A stretch of DNA of 64,000 nucleotides from an uncultured bacterium (GTDB lineage: Bacteria > Verrucomicrobiota > Verrucomicrobiia > Limisphaerales > UBA8199), in contig CAVVMW010000021.1 of the NCBI GenBank assembly GCA_963749495.1, forward strand, positions 192,001 through 256,000, given 5' to 3'. The notes below the pieces were generated by a model. That model had not been told where the DNA came from. It made no database searches and saw only the letters and a program-made list of their open reading frames with translations. The position numbers and the translations under genes were made by a program. This document shows, piece by piece, positions 40,707 to 50,968 of this stretch (position 1 is the first letter of the stretch; every line of letters starts with the position of its first letter).

Positions 40707-42040
40707 ATGAAAGCCTTGGCTGTGCTCGATCCCAAAGCCGCCGGCATCAACGTCGGCAGCGAAAGACTTCACGTTTCCATCGGGGGCGATGTGCCCAAAG
40801 TGTTCGGCACGTTCACCGGCGATCTGGAAGCGTTGCGGGATTGGTTCAAGGAGCAGGGAGTGCACACTGTGGCGATGGAGGCCACCGGTGTGTACTGGCT
40901 CTACCTCTATGAAGTGCTGGAGGCTACCGGCATGGAAGTGGTGGTGGTCAACGGGCGGCACGTGCAGAACGTGCCCGGTCGCAAGACGGACATGGCCGAC
41001 TGCCAATGGCTGGCCACCTTGCACGCGCACGGGCTGCTGCGCGGAGGGTTCGTGCCGCCAGCCCACATTCGGCAATTGCAGGATTATCAGCGGCTGCGCG
41101 CCGATCACATCATCGGCGCGGCCAGCCAAGTGCAGAAGATGCAGCAGGCGCTGGAGCGGATGAACGTCAAGTTGCATGACGTCATCAGCGATCTGACCGG
41201 GGTGAGCGGACTCAAAGTCGTGCGTGCGATCCTCAAAGGCGAGCGCCGGCCCGGAGAACTGTTGGCCTTGTGTGATGAGCAGATCCAGAAGAAGAAGTCG
41301 CTGGCGGTGAAAGAGAGCCTGCGGGGCTGCTGGAAAAAGAGCAACTCTTCGCGTTGCGTCAGGCGCTCGAATTATGGGAAGCCTACCAGCAAAAGATCAG
41401 CGATTGCAACCTGGAGATGCAAGCGTTGCTGCAGCAACTGGCCGAGCCCAATGGGTCCGAGGGCGGTCAGGGGATGATCGGGCCGGTCAAACTGGCGCCG
41501 GCCAAAGTACCGGGCAAGAACGCGCCCGTCATTGAGCGTTTGCAGGAACTGCTAGCCCGCATCTGCGGCGGATGCGACGTGACGCGGATCCCCGGCCTGG
41601 GCATGTATCTGGTGCTGCAACTCCTCAGCGAAGTGGGTACCGACATGACCTGCTGGAAAACCGAGAAACACTTCACTTCGTGGCTGGGACTAGCCGGGGG
41701 GCGCAAGCAAAGCGGCAAACGCAAGGGCAGCGTTAAAGCCCATCGCAACCGGGCAGGGCGCATGTTCTGCGCAGCGGCGCGCTCGCTGGCGCAAACCGTT
41801 GACAAGGCACTGGGCGGTTTCTACCGCCGCTTGCGCGGACGCCTCGGAGGCTTGGCCGCCAACGTGGCACTGGCACGCAAGCTGGCCCTATTATTCTACC
41901 GCTTGCTGCGCTACGGGGTCGACTACGTTGAGAAAGGACTCAAAGCCTATGAAGCCAGAATATTGGAAACCGAAGCGCGCTTGCTGCGCAAACTCGCTAA
42001 GAAGCAAGGGTTTACGCTCGTCCGCGCCAACCCCAGCTAA
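40707..42040 (+). CDS. IS110 recombinase, frameshifted in an A-run near 41335
   Basis: AMEATGVYW, PGRKTDMADCQWL, FTSWLGL...QSGK, ALARKLA. The first catalytic position reads N (GINVG) instead of D. Confidence 0.9.
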
Positions 42041-42079
42041 CCCCAGGTTCATGGGGAGGGTTTCAGCAGCGATGCAACC

Positions 42080-42190
42080 CTCCCCAGGAACCTCCGGGGC
42101 GAGTTACTGCGCAATCCATTGCTGGCGAAGTACTTGCACAAAACGACGAGGTTCGGGGGTTCAATGCGCCAAATTCCGTTTGGGGGAATT
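42080..42190 (-). mobile_element. 111-bp non-autonomous IS110 mini-element
   Basis: Minus strand reads accctgaaAG|aattccccc...gcgcattgaacccccgaacc...ggttcctggggAG|ggttgcatc; removal restores accctgaaagggttgcatc. Confidence 0.8.
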
Positions 42191-42375
42191 CTTTCAGGGT
42201 AGTTGATCCGAGGGCGCGTGACCCAGGGTAGCCCCGCCCTTTCTCGCGAAAGGGCGGGGCAACCCTGGGCTGAGTGATTCCCATCCCTTCGGGATGGGTC
42301 AGGCATTGCAGCGTTGGGCCTGGGCGTTCATGCCATGGTGGTGCCGGCCAGATGCGCCCTATAATGTCCGGACCA

Positions 42376-42679
42376 TGCTACTTGACTTGTGACGACCGCC
42401 TGATTCGGCGATATTCAGGCCAGATGATCGTCCAGAGCCCGACGACCTTTGTTGCCGGTCTGGCCTGATATGAAGCTTAAAGTCGAAAGCGAATTCGCAA
42501 CCGCCGCCGAGGCGGTCCAAGTGCTCATGGAGCACCTGCCTGCCTCCAAGATCGCCCGCTTGCTCGCCTCGTGGCAGGTTGGACAGGGAGATTACGCGAG
42601 GATGCGTGACGAGATGTTTGCGGGAGAGACGGTGGGGAGCCTGTTCCGGGCCGCTGAAAAACCGGGTCGCAAGAAATGA
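42376..42679 (+). pseudogene. TA remnant: PIN C-terminal fragment plus 69-aa partner gene (42470-42679)
   Basis: YLTCDDRLIRR...SPTTFV* followed by MKLKVES...GQGDYARMRDEMF. Confidence 0.5.
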
Positions 42680-42830
42680 GCCTCAGCCCCGGGTGCCGGA
42701 ACAACCACGCTGAAAATACGGTTTGTCGCCGGCCCACGCTGCCCGGCCGGCCGCTCCTGCAGCAGAGCCGCCCAAGAGGTTGTATCATTGAGCTGAAGCC
42801 CTTGCGTCAGCCGTCGTGGAGAACTCCACG

Positions 42831-42998
42831 TCAGAGGCGGGGGTGGAATAAGCCGCGCAAAAGCGCAAAAGACGCAAAAAGGGAGAGAATTGCACCGAGG
42901 AGGCCGCCTGGGCGGCTGGCCTGGCCTACCGGGATCAGCGCGTACTTCCTGATCTCGAACTTTGGGGCGCCGAAGTTTATCAGCATGATGTCTTGCAT
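42831..42998 (-). pseudogene. Internally deleted GxxExxY-like gene between inverted short repeats
   Basis: MQDI joined to MLINFGAPKFEIRKY; arms gccgcgcaaaagcgcaaaagacgcaa / ttgcgccttttgcgctttttcgcggc. Confidence 0.55.
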
Positions 42999-43371
42999 AG
43001 CCTATTCCTTTCTTGCGCCTTTTGCGCTTTTTCGCGGCAGAATTCCGTCTGTGCCTTTAGATGGCACAGGTCTTCATTATGCTGGCGGGTGGTTCAATGC
43101 AAGTTTATCGCGCCAGGAATCCGAAAAAGTCGCCGCTCGGGCATTCCGCGTAGCGCCATTATGAGGAGTTCACGGAGATCTACGCGGAGGTTGGTACAGC
43201 AACAAAGTGCGTGGCGTCCGCCACCGAGGGCTGCCTCCGGAACTGGCCCCCCACCGGCCAGGCGCCTCCTCGCCGCCGCCCCTCAGCCTCCCGTCAAAGA
43301 AATGGCGCGACCTGACTTGTCCAACCGTAGCCTTAGCGAAGGCGGACTTGTCCCGCCGTAGCTCCAGCGAA

Positions 43372-43918
43372 GGCGGATCCTGCGCGTCTGGCATGTTGAT
43401 CCCCTGCTCGGTCCCGTCTGCCAAAACCCGATGCCCCTCATCGCGGTGATTGACGACCCTCGGGTGATGGAGAAGATCCTTCGCCGCCTCGCCGCGTGGC
43501 GCGACCCGACCGCCGGCCCCTCCCCACCCGGCGCTCCACGGCCTTATGCCTACGAACCCTATGGCGACGTGGACCCGACCGCCGACTACGAAAACGTGCT
43601 CACGGACTGAGAATCGTCCTCCGGAAGGCCGGTTCGGAGGCGGGCCTTTTTCTCGCGGAGGCATCTTCCCGGCCCCGTCGGCACACCGCCGACACCCCTG
43701 CCGCGCAGCTTTCAGCCGCTGAGCCGGTCCTCAGGCGCGACCACGCTCAACCGCCCCCGTGCTGCGCCCAAACGGGCAAGAAACCGGCAAAATCCGACGC
43801 TTGACACCCTCGTCCCCATCTCGCAGAATGGCAGCGGAATGAACGAGACGCAAAACCAATTCTCCCTCACCCCCCCAGCGTCAATAACCGGCGGCGCGGC
43901 AAAAAAGCAATTTCCTAT
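43372..43918 (+). mobile_element. IS91-like remnant: transposase C-terminus plus oriIS
   Basis: Frameshifted RILRVWHVDPLL/PVCQNPMPLIAVIDDPRVMEKILRRL...DYENVLTD*; ends aaaaaagcaatttcctat. Confidence 0.75.
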
Positions 43919-43927
43919 GCGTTTTTT

Positions 43928-44710
43928 ATGAAAGATACACCTCGTAGATGTTTTGGCACGCACGACGACGACCTTGGATGCCCTAAGCTGCGCAGACTCT
44001 TCCAGAATAAGCCGTTCCAATGCCAGAACCCCACCAATGCAGCCCTCGTCTTCGTGGGCCTCGATGCCAACTGGGATCAGCATGTGCAGTCGGATCCAAA
44101 CTGGGGCTTGGTTGAGCAGTACCTTGAAAATGGAGTCTCGTTCTGGAAAAGGCACCACCGACACCACCCGTTGTTGCTGATGCCGCGTACCGAGGAAGGG
44201 TTGCCGATGCCGGGTGCCGTGGAAGGCAAGTCATACCATGACCGACTCGAGAAACTGCTGCGTATGGTGAACCCGGATTGCGAGGTCAGGACCAAGCAAT
44301 TCCCGAGCAAAGTCTCCTTCGTCGAATTACTCGGCGTCCCGACCTACGGCAAATTGACGAAAGCTCCCGGATTATTCAGAAAGTTGCTCCAAAGCCGCCA
44401 GAACCTGCAGCATCTGAAAAGTAATATCATAAAGCCAGTCTTCAATTGCAAACGGCCCAAAATCGTGTTCCTCGTTGGCATCGGGACGCTCAGGACTCTC
44501 CTACGACTAAAGAAGCATGAGCCTATGCTCAATGAGCTCGATGTTAACCGGCAGTTACCGTTCCCGAGGCAGAACGACACGGAAATTCGCCCATTGAAGT
44601 GGGGGAACCCAAACTGCCAGATTTACCCTATGACCCATTTCTCTGCCGCAATCTCCAACTGTCACCTCAAAGCAGTGGCCAGAATAATCAGGGCCAGCAA
44701 GTTCCCTTGA
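43928..44710 (+). CDS. Hypothetical low-GC protein; possible UDG-superfamily-like fold
   Basis: 260-aa ORF; ALVFVGLDAN near the N-terminus and MTHFS near the C-terminus. Confidence 0.55.
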   Translation: MKDTPRRCFGTHDDDLGCPKLRRLFQNKPFQCQNPTNAALVFVGLDANWDQHVQSDPNWGLVEQYLENGVSFWKRHHRHHPLLLMPRTEEGLPMPGAVEGKSYHDRLEKLLRMVNPDCEVRTKQFPSKVSFVELLGVPTYGKLTKAPGLFRKLLQSRQNLQHLKSNIIKPVFNCKRPKIVFLVGIGTLRTLLRLKKHEPMLNELDVNRQLPFPRQNDTEIRPLKWGNPNCQIYPMTHFSAAISNCHLKAVARIIRASKFP

Positions 44711-44841
44711 GCGGCTGCTGACGCCCCGTCCGCCAACCCCGGCCTGAGCCCGACATCGCAGATTTTGGCGGCTTTCCGGCTCCGCGGCGAAGAAGGCCCG
44801 AAAACGGCAAAAACGCACTTTCTTCGAGAAAAAGCCGTGGC

Positions 44842-45140
44842 AAGTGTCAGTCCTCACTTTTGACAGCTTTAGCGGGATGCGACACCCCCCCCCCCATTCA
44901 ACCTCCCAAGCTGCGCATTCAATATCCGCGCGCCACGTATCACCTGATGAGTCGCTCCGACCACCGGGATAACACCCGACCACCCCCTCGCCAAAGTGGC
45001 TCGGCCCTGACTGCTTGCCGACCTGCTCCACCAACTCCCGCCGAAATTCCTGCCCGCCCGGGTACCAGCCCCGCTCCACCGGCTTGACCTCCTCGGCCTC
45101 GCCTCCTCGACGCCGCGACTCCATCCGCTCCCCACACGCC
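44842..45140. pseudogene. Rearranged RAYT remnants
   Basis: Plus strand KLRIQYPRATYHLMSR; minus strand VERGWYPGGQEFRRELVEQ; upstream tgtcagtcctcacttttgaca hairpin. Confidence 0.6.
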
Positions 45141-45757
45141 TGCCGCCATCAAAACAACAATACCATCTGATTAACTCACTCCTTCATGCCCCCTTTTCGA
45201 TAAACGGTTTGGAACGGTTGGGAATCCTTTCAGAATCGAGCGCCGTAAAATGCCTCCGCGAGAGAGAGGGGCAGCACCCAAGCGCAGGACTTCCATTTCC
45301 GCTCTCATGTCCGCCAGTTGCTTGCGCAGGTTGTTGAACCCACCAGCCACCGAGCCACTGAGCCGTTGGGAAGAATTGGCTTGACTGCTGCCGCTGATCT
45401 GCCAATAATCCGCTCATGTGTGAAACACTACGAACGGAAACCATTCCGGGACTGAGCCCAGGACAAGAACTGAGGCGGAGGTGGTTGGAGGGCAACCTTC
45501 TGCGATTGGAGTTCAAGGGCTTCGGCCCTGTGGTCCTGACACAGCTATTCCCAAAACCGAGAGACAGGCGGAGATGGGCGAAATTCGAGATGAAATACGA
45601 GCAATACGAGCAAGTTTCGTCCGCTACGAAAACCCAGGTCGCCACCAGAACAAACCCGACCAGATAACCCATGACACGGTTTGACCCGGTTCGGCGAGCG
45701 ATTTGCGCAGTGATGACGACGAAAGCCTCCATTGCGAGAACAGCCTGCCCGAAGGCT

Positions 45758-48700
45758 ATGCCCACTCGTTTCAGAGCCGCGTCCGCCACGAGATTGCTGC
45801 CGCTGCTGTTGGTGTTGGCGCTACCCGGCGTGGTGCAAGCCCAATACGACTACACGACAAATAACGGCACGATCACCGTCACTAAGTACACAGGTTATGG
45901 CGGGCCGGTGATTATTCCGAGCGCCATCAATGGCCTGCCGGTCACCAGCATCGGGCACGCGGCGTTCTTCTATTGCGCCAGCCTGACCAGCGTCACGATC
46001 CCCAACAGCGTCACCAGCATCGGGGACTCGGCGTTCTCTGACTGCACCGCCCTGACCAACGCCACGATCGGCAACAGCGTCACCAGCATCGGGGCCGAGG
46101 CGTTCGAGGACTGCACCGGCCTGACCGGCGTTACGATCCCCAATAGGGTCACCAGCATTGGGGACTCGGCGTTCCTTGGCACCAGCCTGACCAGCGTGAC
46201 GATCCCCAACAGCGTCACCAGCATTGGGGACTCGGCTTTCTTTGGCACCAGCCTCACCACCGTGACGATCCCTAGCAGCGTCACGAGCATGGAACCGGCG
46301 TTCGAGGGCTGCACCCGACTGACGGAGATCACGGTGAATGAACCCAACCCCACCTATAGCAGCGTGGGTGGGGTCCTGTTTGACAAGAGCCAGACCACGC
46401 TCGTCGAATACCCGGGGGGCATGGCCGGAAGCTACACGATTCCCAACAGCGTCACCAGCATCGGGGCCGAGGCGTTCGAGGACTGCACCGGCCTGACCAG
46501 CGTTACGATCCCCGATAGGGTCACCACCGTTGGGGACTCGGCGTTCCTTGGCACCAGCCTGACCAGCGTCACAATCCCCAACGGCGTCGCCAACATCGGG
46601 GACTCCGCGTTCGCTCAGTGCTACAAGCTGAGCAGCGCCACTGTCCCCAACAGCGTCACCAGCATCGGCGGCTATGCGTTTAACTATTGCACCAGCCTGA
46701 CAAACGCCACGATCGGCAACAGCGTCACCAACGTCGGCGGCTATACGTTTGACCATTGCACCAGCCTGACCAGCGTCACGATCCCCAACAGCGTCACCAG
46801 CATCGGGGACTCGGCGTTCTCTGGCAGCGGTCTGACCAGCGTCACGATTCCAAGCAGGGTCACCAACATCGGGGCCGAGGCCTTCTCTGGCTGCACCGCC
46901 CTGACCAACGCCACGATCGGCGACAGCGTCATTACCGTCGGGAACTCGGCGTTCTCTGGCAGCGGTCTGACCAGCGTCACGATCCCCAACGGCGTCACCA
47001 GCATCGGGAACTCGGCGTTCGCTCAGTGCTACAGCCTGACCAGCGTCGCCATTCCCAACAGCGTCACCAGCATCGGGGCTCGGCGTTCGCTGAATGCCCC
47101 CTCACCAGCGTCACGATCCCCAACAGCGTCACCAGCATCGCGGACTCGGCGTTCGCTCAGTGCGCCGGCCTGACCAGCGTCACGATCCCCAACAGCGTCA
47201 CCAGCATCGGGGACTCTGCGTTCTCTGGCACCAGCCTGACCAGCGCCACAATCCCCAACAGCGTCACTAACATCGGGGCCTCGGCGTTCTCAGACTGCAC
47301 CGCCCTGACGAACGCCGCGATCGGCAACAGCGTCACCAGCATCGGAGAGGGGGCGTTCTCTGGCTGCACCAGCCTGACCGGCGTGACGATTCCCAACAGC
47401 GTCACCAGCATCGGGGCCTCGGCGTTCGCTGACTGCACCGCCCTCACCAACGCCACGATCGGCAACGGCGTCACCAGCATCGGGAGCGAGACCTTCGAGG
47501 GCTGCTCCGGCCTGACCTCAATCACGGTGGATGCCCTCAATTCCAGCTATAGCAGTGTGGCAGGCGTCTTGTTCGACAAGAGTCAGACTACCCTCATCGC
47601 CTGCCCGGAGGGGAAAGCGGGAGGCTACACCATCCCCAACAGCGTCACCACCATCGGGGACTCGGCGTTCGCTCAGTGCTACACCCTGACGAGCGTCGCC
47701 ATCCCCAACAGCGTAACCAGCATCGGGCACTGGGCGTTCTCTGACTGCCTCCTCGCCAGCGTCACAATCCCCAACAGCGTGACCAACATCGGGCAGGACG
47801 CATTCGAGGAATGCACCCTCCTCACCAGCCTCACCATAGGCAACGGCCCCGCCAGCATTGGGGACAGTGCGTTCGCTAGCTGCTTCAGCCTGACCAGCGT
47901 CACGATCCCCAACAGCGTCACCAATATCGGTACCAATGCGTTTGGGGGCTGCACGAGCCTGACCAACGTCTCGATTGGCAACAGCGTCACCAGCATCGGG
48001 GACAGTGCGTTCGCTAGCTGCTTCAGCCTGACCAGCGTCACAATCCCCAACAGCGTCACCAGCATCGGGGACTCGGCGTTCACTGGCGGCACCAGACTGA
48101 TAACAGTCTATTTTCAGGGTAATGCCCCGAGCGTCGGTGCGGGTGTGTTTTCCGGTGACAGCAATGCGACCATCTATTACTTGTCGGGGACCACGGGCTG
48201 GGGGACGACGTTTGGCGGCCTCCCAGCCGTCCTGTGGTGCCCGGCGCCGCCAGGCTACGCTTACGCGACCACTAACGGCGCGGTCACCATCACAGGATAC
48301 ACCGGTCCTGGCGGGTCGGTCACCATCCCCAGCACGATCAACTGCCTGCCGGTCAGCAGCATCGGGGACGAGGCGTTCTCCAACTGCACCAGCCTCACCA
48401 GCGTCACGATTCCTGACAGCGTCACGAACATTGGGGACTACGCGTTCTGCAGCTGCACCAGCCTGACCAACTCCACGATCGGCGGCAGCGTCACCAGCAT
48501 CGGGGACTATGCGTTTAAGTACTGCATTAGCCTGACCAGCGTCACGATTCCTGAAAGCGCCACCAACATTGGCGACTATGCGTTCTGTAGCTGCTCCAGC
48601 CTGGCCAACGCCACGATCGGCAACAAGGTCACCAGCATCGGGAGCTATGCGTTTAACTATTGTACCAGCCTGACCAGCGCCGCAATCCCCAGCAGCGTCA

Positions 48701-49815
48701 CCAACATCGGGGCCTCGGCGTTCTCTGACTGCACCGCCCTGACCAACGCCACGATCGGCAACAGCGTGACCAGCATCGGAGAGGGGGCGTTCTCTGGCTG
48801 CACCAGCCTGACCGGCGTGACGATTCCCAACAGCGTCACCAGCATCGGGGACTCGGCGTTCTATGACTGCACCAACCTAACCGGAGTCTATTTTCAGGGT
48901 AACGCCCCCAGCGTTGGTTCGTCGGTGTTCTCCGGTGACAGCAATGCGGCCGTCTATTACTTGCCAGGCACCACGGGCTGGGGGACGACGTTTGGCGGTC
49001 TTCATTCGGTGCTGTGGAACCCGCCCGTGCCCTACACTTACACGACCTACAACGGCACGGTCACGATCACGGGATACACCGGTCCTGGCGGTGCGGTAAC
49101 CCTCCCCAGCGGGATCAATTTCGTGCCGGTCACGGCCATTGCGGCCGGGGCGTTCGAGGACTGCCTCACCCTGGCCAGCGTCACGATCCCAAGCAGCGTC
49201 ACCAACATCGGGGCCGAGGCGTTCCAGGGCTGCATCAGCCTGGCCAGCGTCACGATCCCCAACAGCGTCACTAGCATCGGGGTCCAAGCGTTCGACTACT
49301 GCGCCAGCCTGACCAGCGTCACGATCTCCAGCAGCGTCACCAGCATCGGGTACGCGGCGTTCGACGACTGCCTCAGCCTCACCACCGTCACGATCCCCAG
49401 CAGCGTCACCAACGTCGGAGTCGAGGCGTTCGATGGCTGCATCAGCCTGACCAGCGTCTATTTCGAGGGTAGCGCCCCCAGTGTGAGTGGGCTTGCCTTC
49501 CTTTCTGACAGCAACGCGACGGTCTATTACTTGGCTGGGACCAAGGGATGGGACACGACGTTTGCCGGTCTTCCCACCGCGCTGTGGTCCCCGCCGGAAG
49601 TTACTTTCGCGAGCTTCGGTGTCAGGACCAATCGCTTTGGGTTCACGATCAACTGGGCCAGCGGCATGAGCGTAGTGGTGGAGGCCAGCACGAATCTCGC
49701 CAACCCCGTCTGGTATCCGGTGGCGACGAACACACTTAGCAGCGGCTCATCCTATTTCAGCGACCCGCAGTGCACGAACTATCCCAGTCGTTTCTACCGC
49801 CTGCGCTGGCCGTAA
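45758..49815 (+). CDS. BspA-like leucine-rich-repeat (LRR_5) surface protein, frameshifted near 47078
   Basis: Dozens of LTSVTIPNSVTSIGDSAF..C repeats; signal peptide; ends RFYRLRWP. Confidence 0.92.
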
Positions 49816-50156
49816 GGCGCGGGAACGGGAGTCGGTTTCGCCCAGGGCAGCAGCGCCCGGTTCTGCGCGAGTTGCTTGGCCTTGCCGCCATTCCCGATGG
49901 GCCTGCCCCAGTGGGCGATGCGGACCGGGGCGGCGAGCGCGTTGGTCAGCCTCACGATCAGGTGCTCGACAGCTCGCGCTCCCGGTCCGCAACCCGCGCT
50001 GGCCTGCCATGCACTCCCCATCCCTGGAGGCGTCGAGGGGCTCGCCGTGGAAGTTTTAAGCGGTTTACAGGTTGGAAAGCACTGCTGCAATGAAACCACG
50101 AGGCGTGATGCAGCGCACGCCATAGGGTCTCTCCAGGTCCAGGAGATCGGCGTCAT

Positions 50157-50432
50157 TCAAGGACGGCGATGAGCTTCATGCCGTGTCAGGAGTCTCCTTC
50201 TGACCTTCTTGACTCGTGTGACTATTTCCGCAATCGGAACGGGACCATCGCCGCCATCGCGCTTGTCCAGCTTCTCGAACTCCGCCTCCAGCCTGGCAAG
50301 CTCTTTCTCCCGTTCCCGACGGATCAGGTCCCGGATGACGTCGCTGGCAGAAACAAAGCCGCCTTCCTCTTTGCGGGACTTCACCCAGGCGGCCTGGTCT
50401 TGCGCGAGTGATATGTTCAATGTCGTCGCCAT
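50157..50432 (-). CDS. ParD-like ribbon-helix-helix antitoxin; downstream toxin appears decayed
   Basis: TLNISLAQDQAAWVKSRKEEGGFVSASDVIRDLIR; the overlapping ATG at 50179 stops after 8 codons. Confidence 0.75.
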   Translation of the reverse strand: MATTLNISLAQDQAAWVKSRKEEGGFVSASDVIRDLIRREREKELARLEAEFEKLDKRDGGDGPVPIAEIVTRVKKVRRRLLTRHEAHRRP

Positions 50433-50968
50433 AAACTGAAAATACGGTTTACATGGATTTTGGCAAGATCCAACGCGGCACAAAGGATGAATATTCTGGA
50501 GGTGGCCCACGGAAAAACCGCCTCTTGTCGGGAGCCTTTGCAACTGCGGACTCACTCGAAGGCGGTCCGCAAGATCGAACCACGTGCAAGCGGGCCACGC
50601 GGGAGAATGCCTCGTCCCGGCTCACCAACCGATGTCCCCAGACGCGGGCCGTGCCTGCTATCCAACTGTCAAAAGGTCGTATCAGTCAGCACGGTTGGCC
50701 TTCTGTTTTCGCCGCCGCACTTTCTCGAGCGCGTCATAATCCACGTTCACCGGACCGTCCAAGTCCGCCAGGTGCCTTTCCAGGTCGCCAAAGTCCGGGA
50801 CCGACCCTTTCAGACCCTTTCAGGACCCTTTCATGCCCCGCCTGCCATGCCCGCAAATCAACCGGCCACAAACCCGCTGCACCTCTTCACTGTGACGTTC
50901 TGCTCACGAGGCGCCGCAGCAACGCTCATTGCAGAATTGCTGGGATGGCGGGGTCGTGACACTTTGGG

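Larger units (their letters stand above)
40439..42058 (+). mobile_element. IS110-family element inserted at the AG/CT core of a REP hairpin
   Basis: Removing it restores aaaccctgaaAGggtttc; subterminal IR tgaacctg / caggttca. Confidence 0.85.

Noticed and set aside
41330..41345. Programmed ribosomal frameshift in the IS110 gene
   Set aside because: Not typical of IS110; a one-base A-run indel fits the window-wide error pattern.
45184..45670. Possible riboswitch or ORF upstream of the LRR gene
   Set aside because: I could not match a c-di-GMP or other aptamer consensus by eye, and the minus-strand ORF has no recognisable motifs. An Rfam scan is needed.
45900..49460. Regular 66-69 bp repeats resembling a CRISPR array or DGR template/variable repeats
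   Set aside because: They are in-frame coding LRR repeats with no unique spacers, cas genes or reverse transcriptase.
49794..50179. Intact ParE toxin downstream of the ParD-like gene
   Set aside because: The coupled ATG frame stops after 8 codons, and other frames give only weak fragments.
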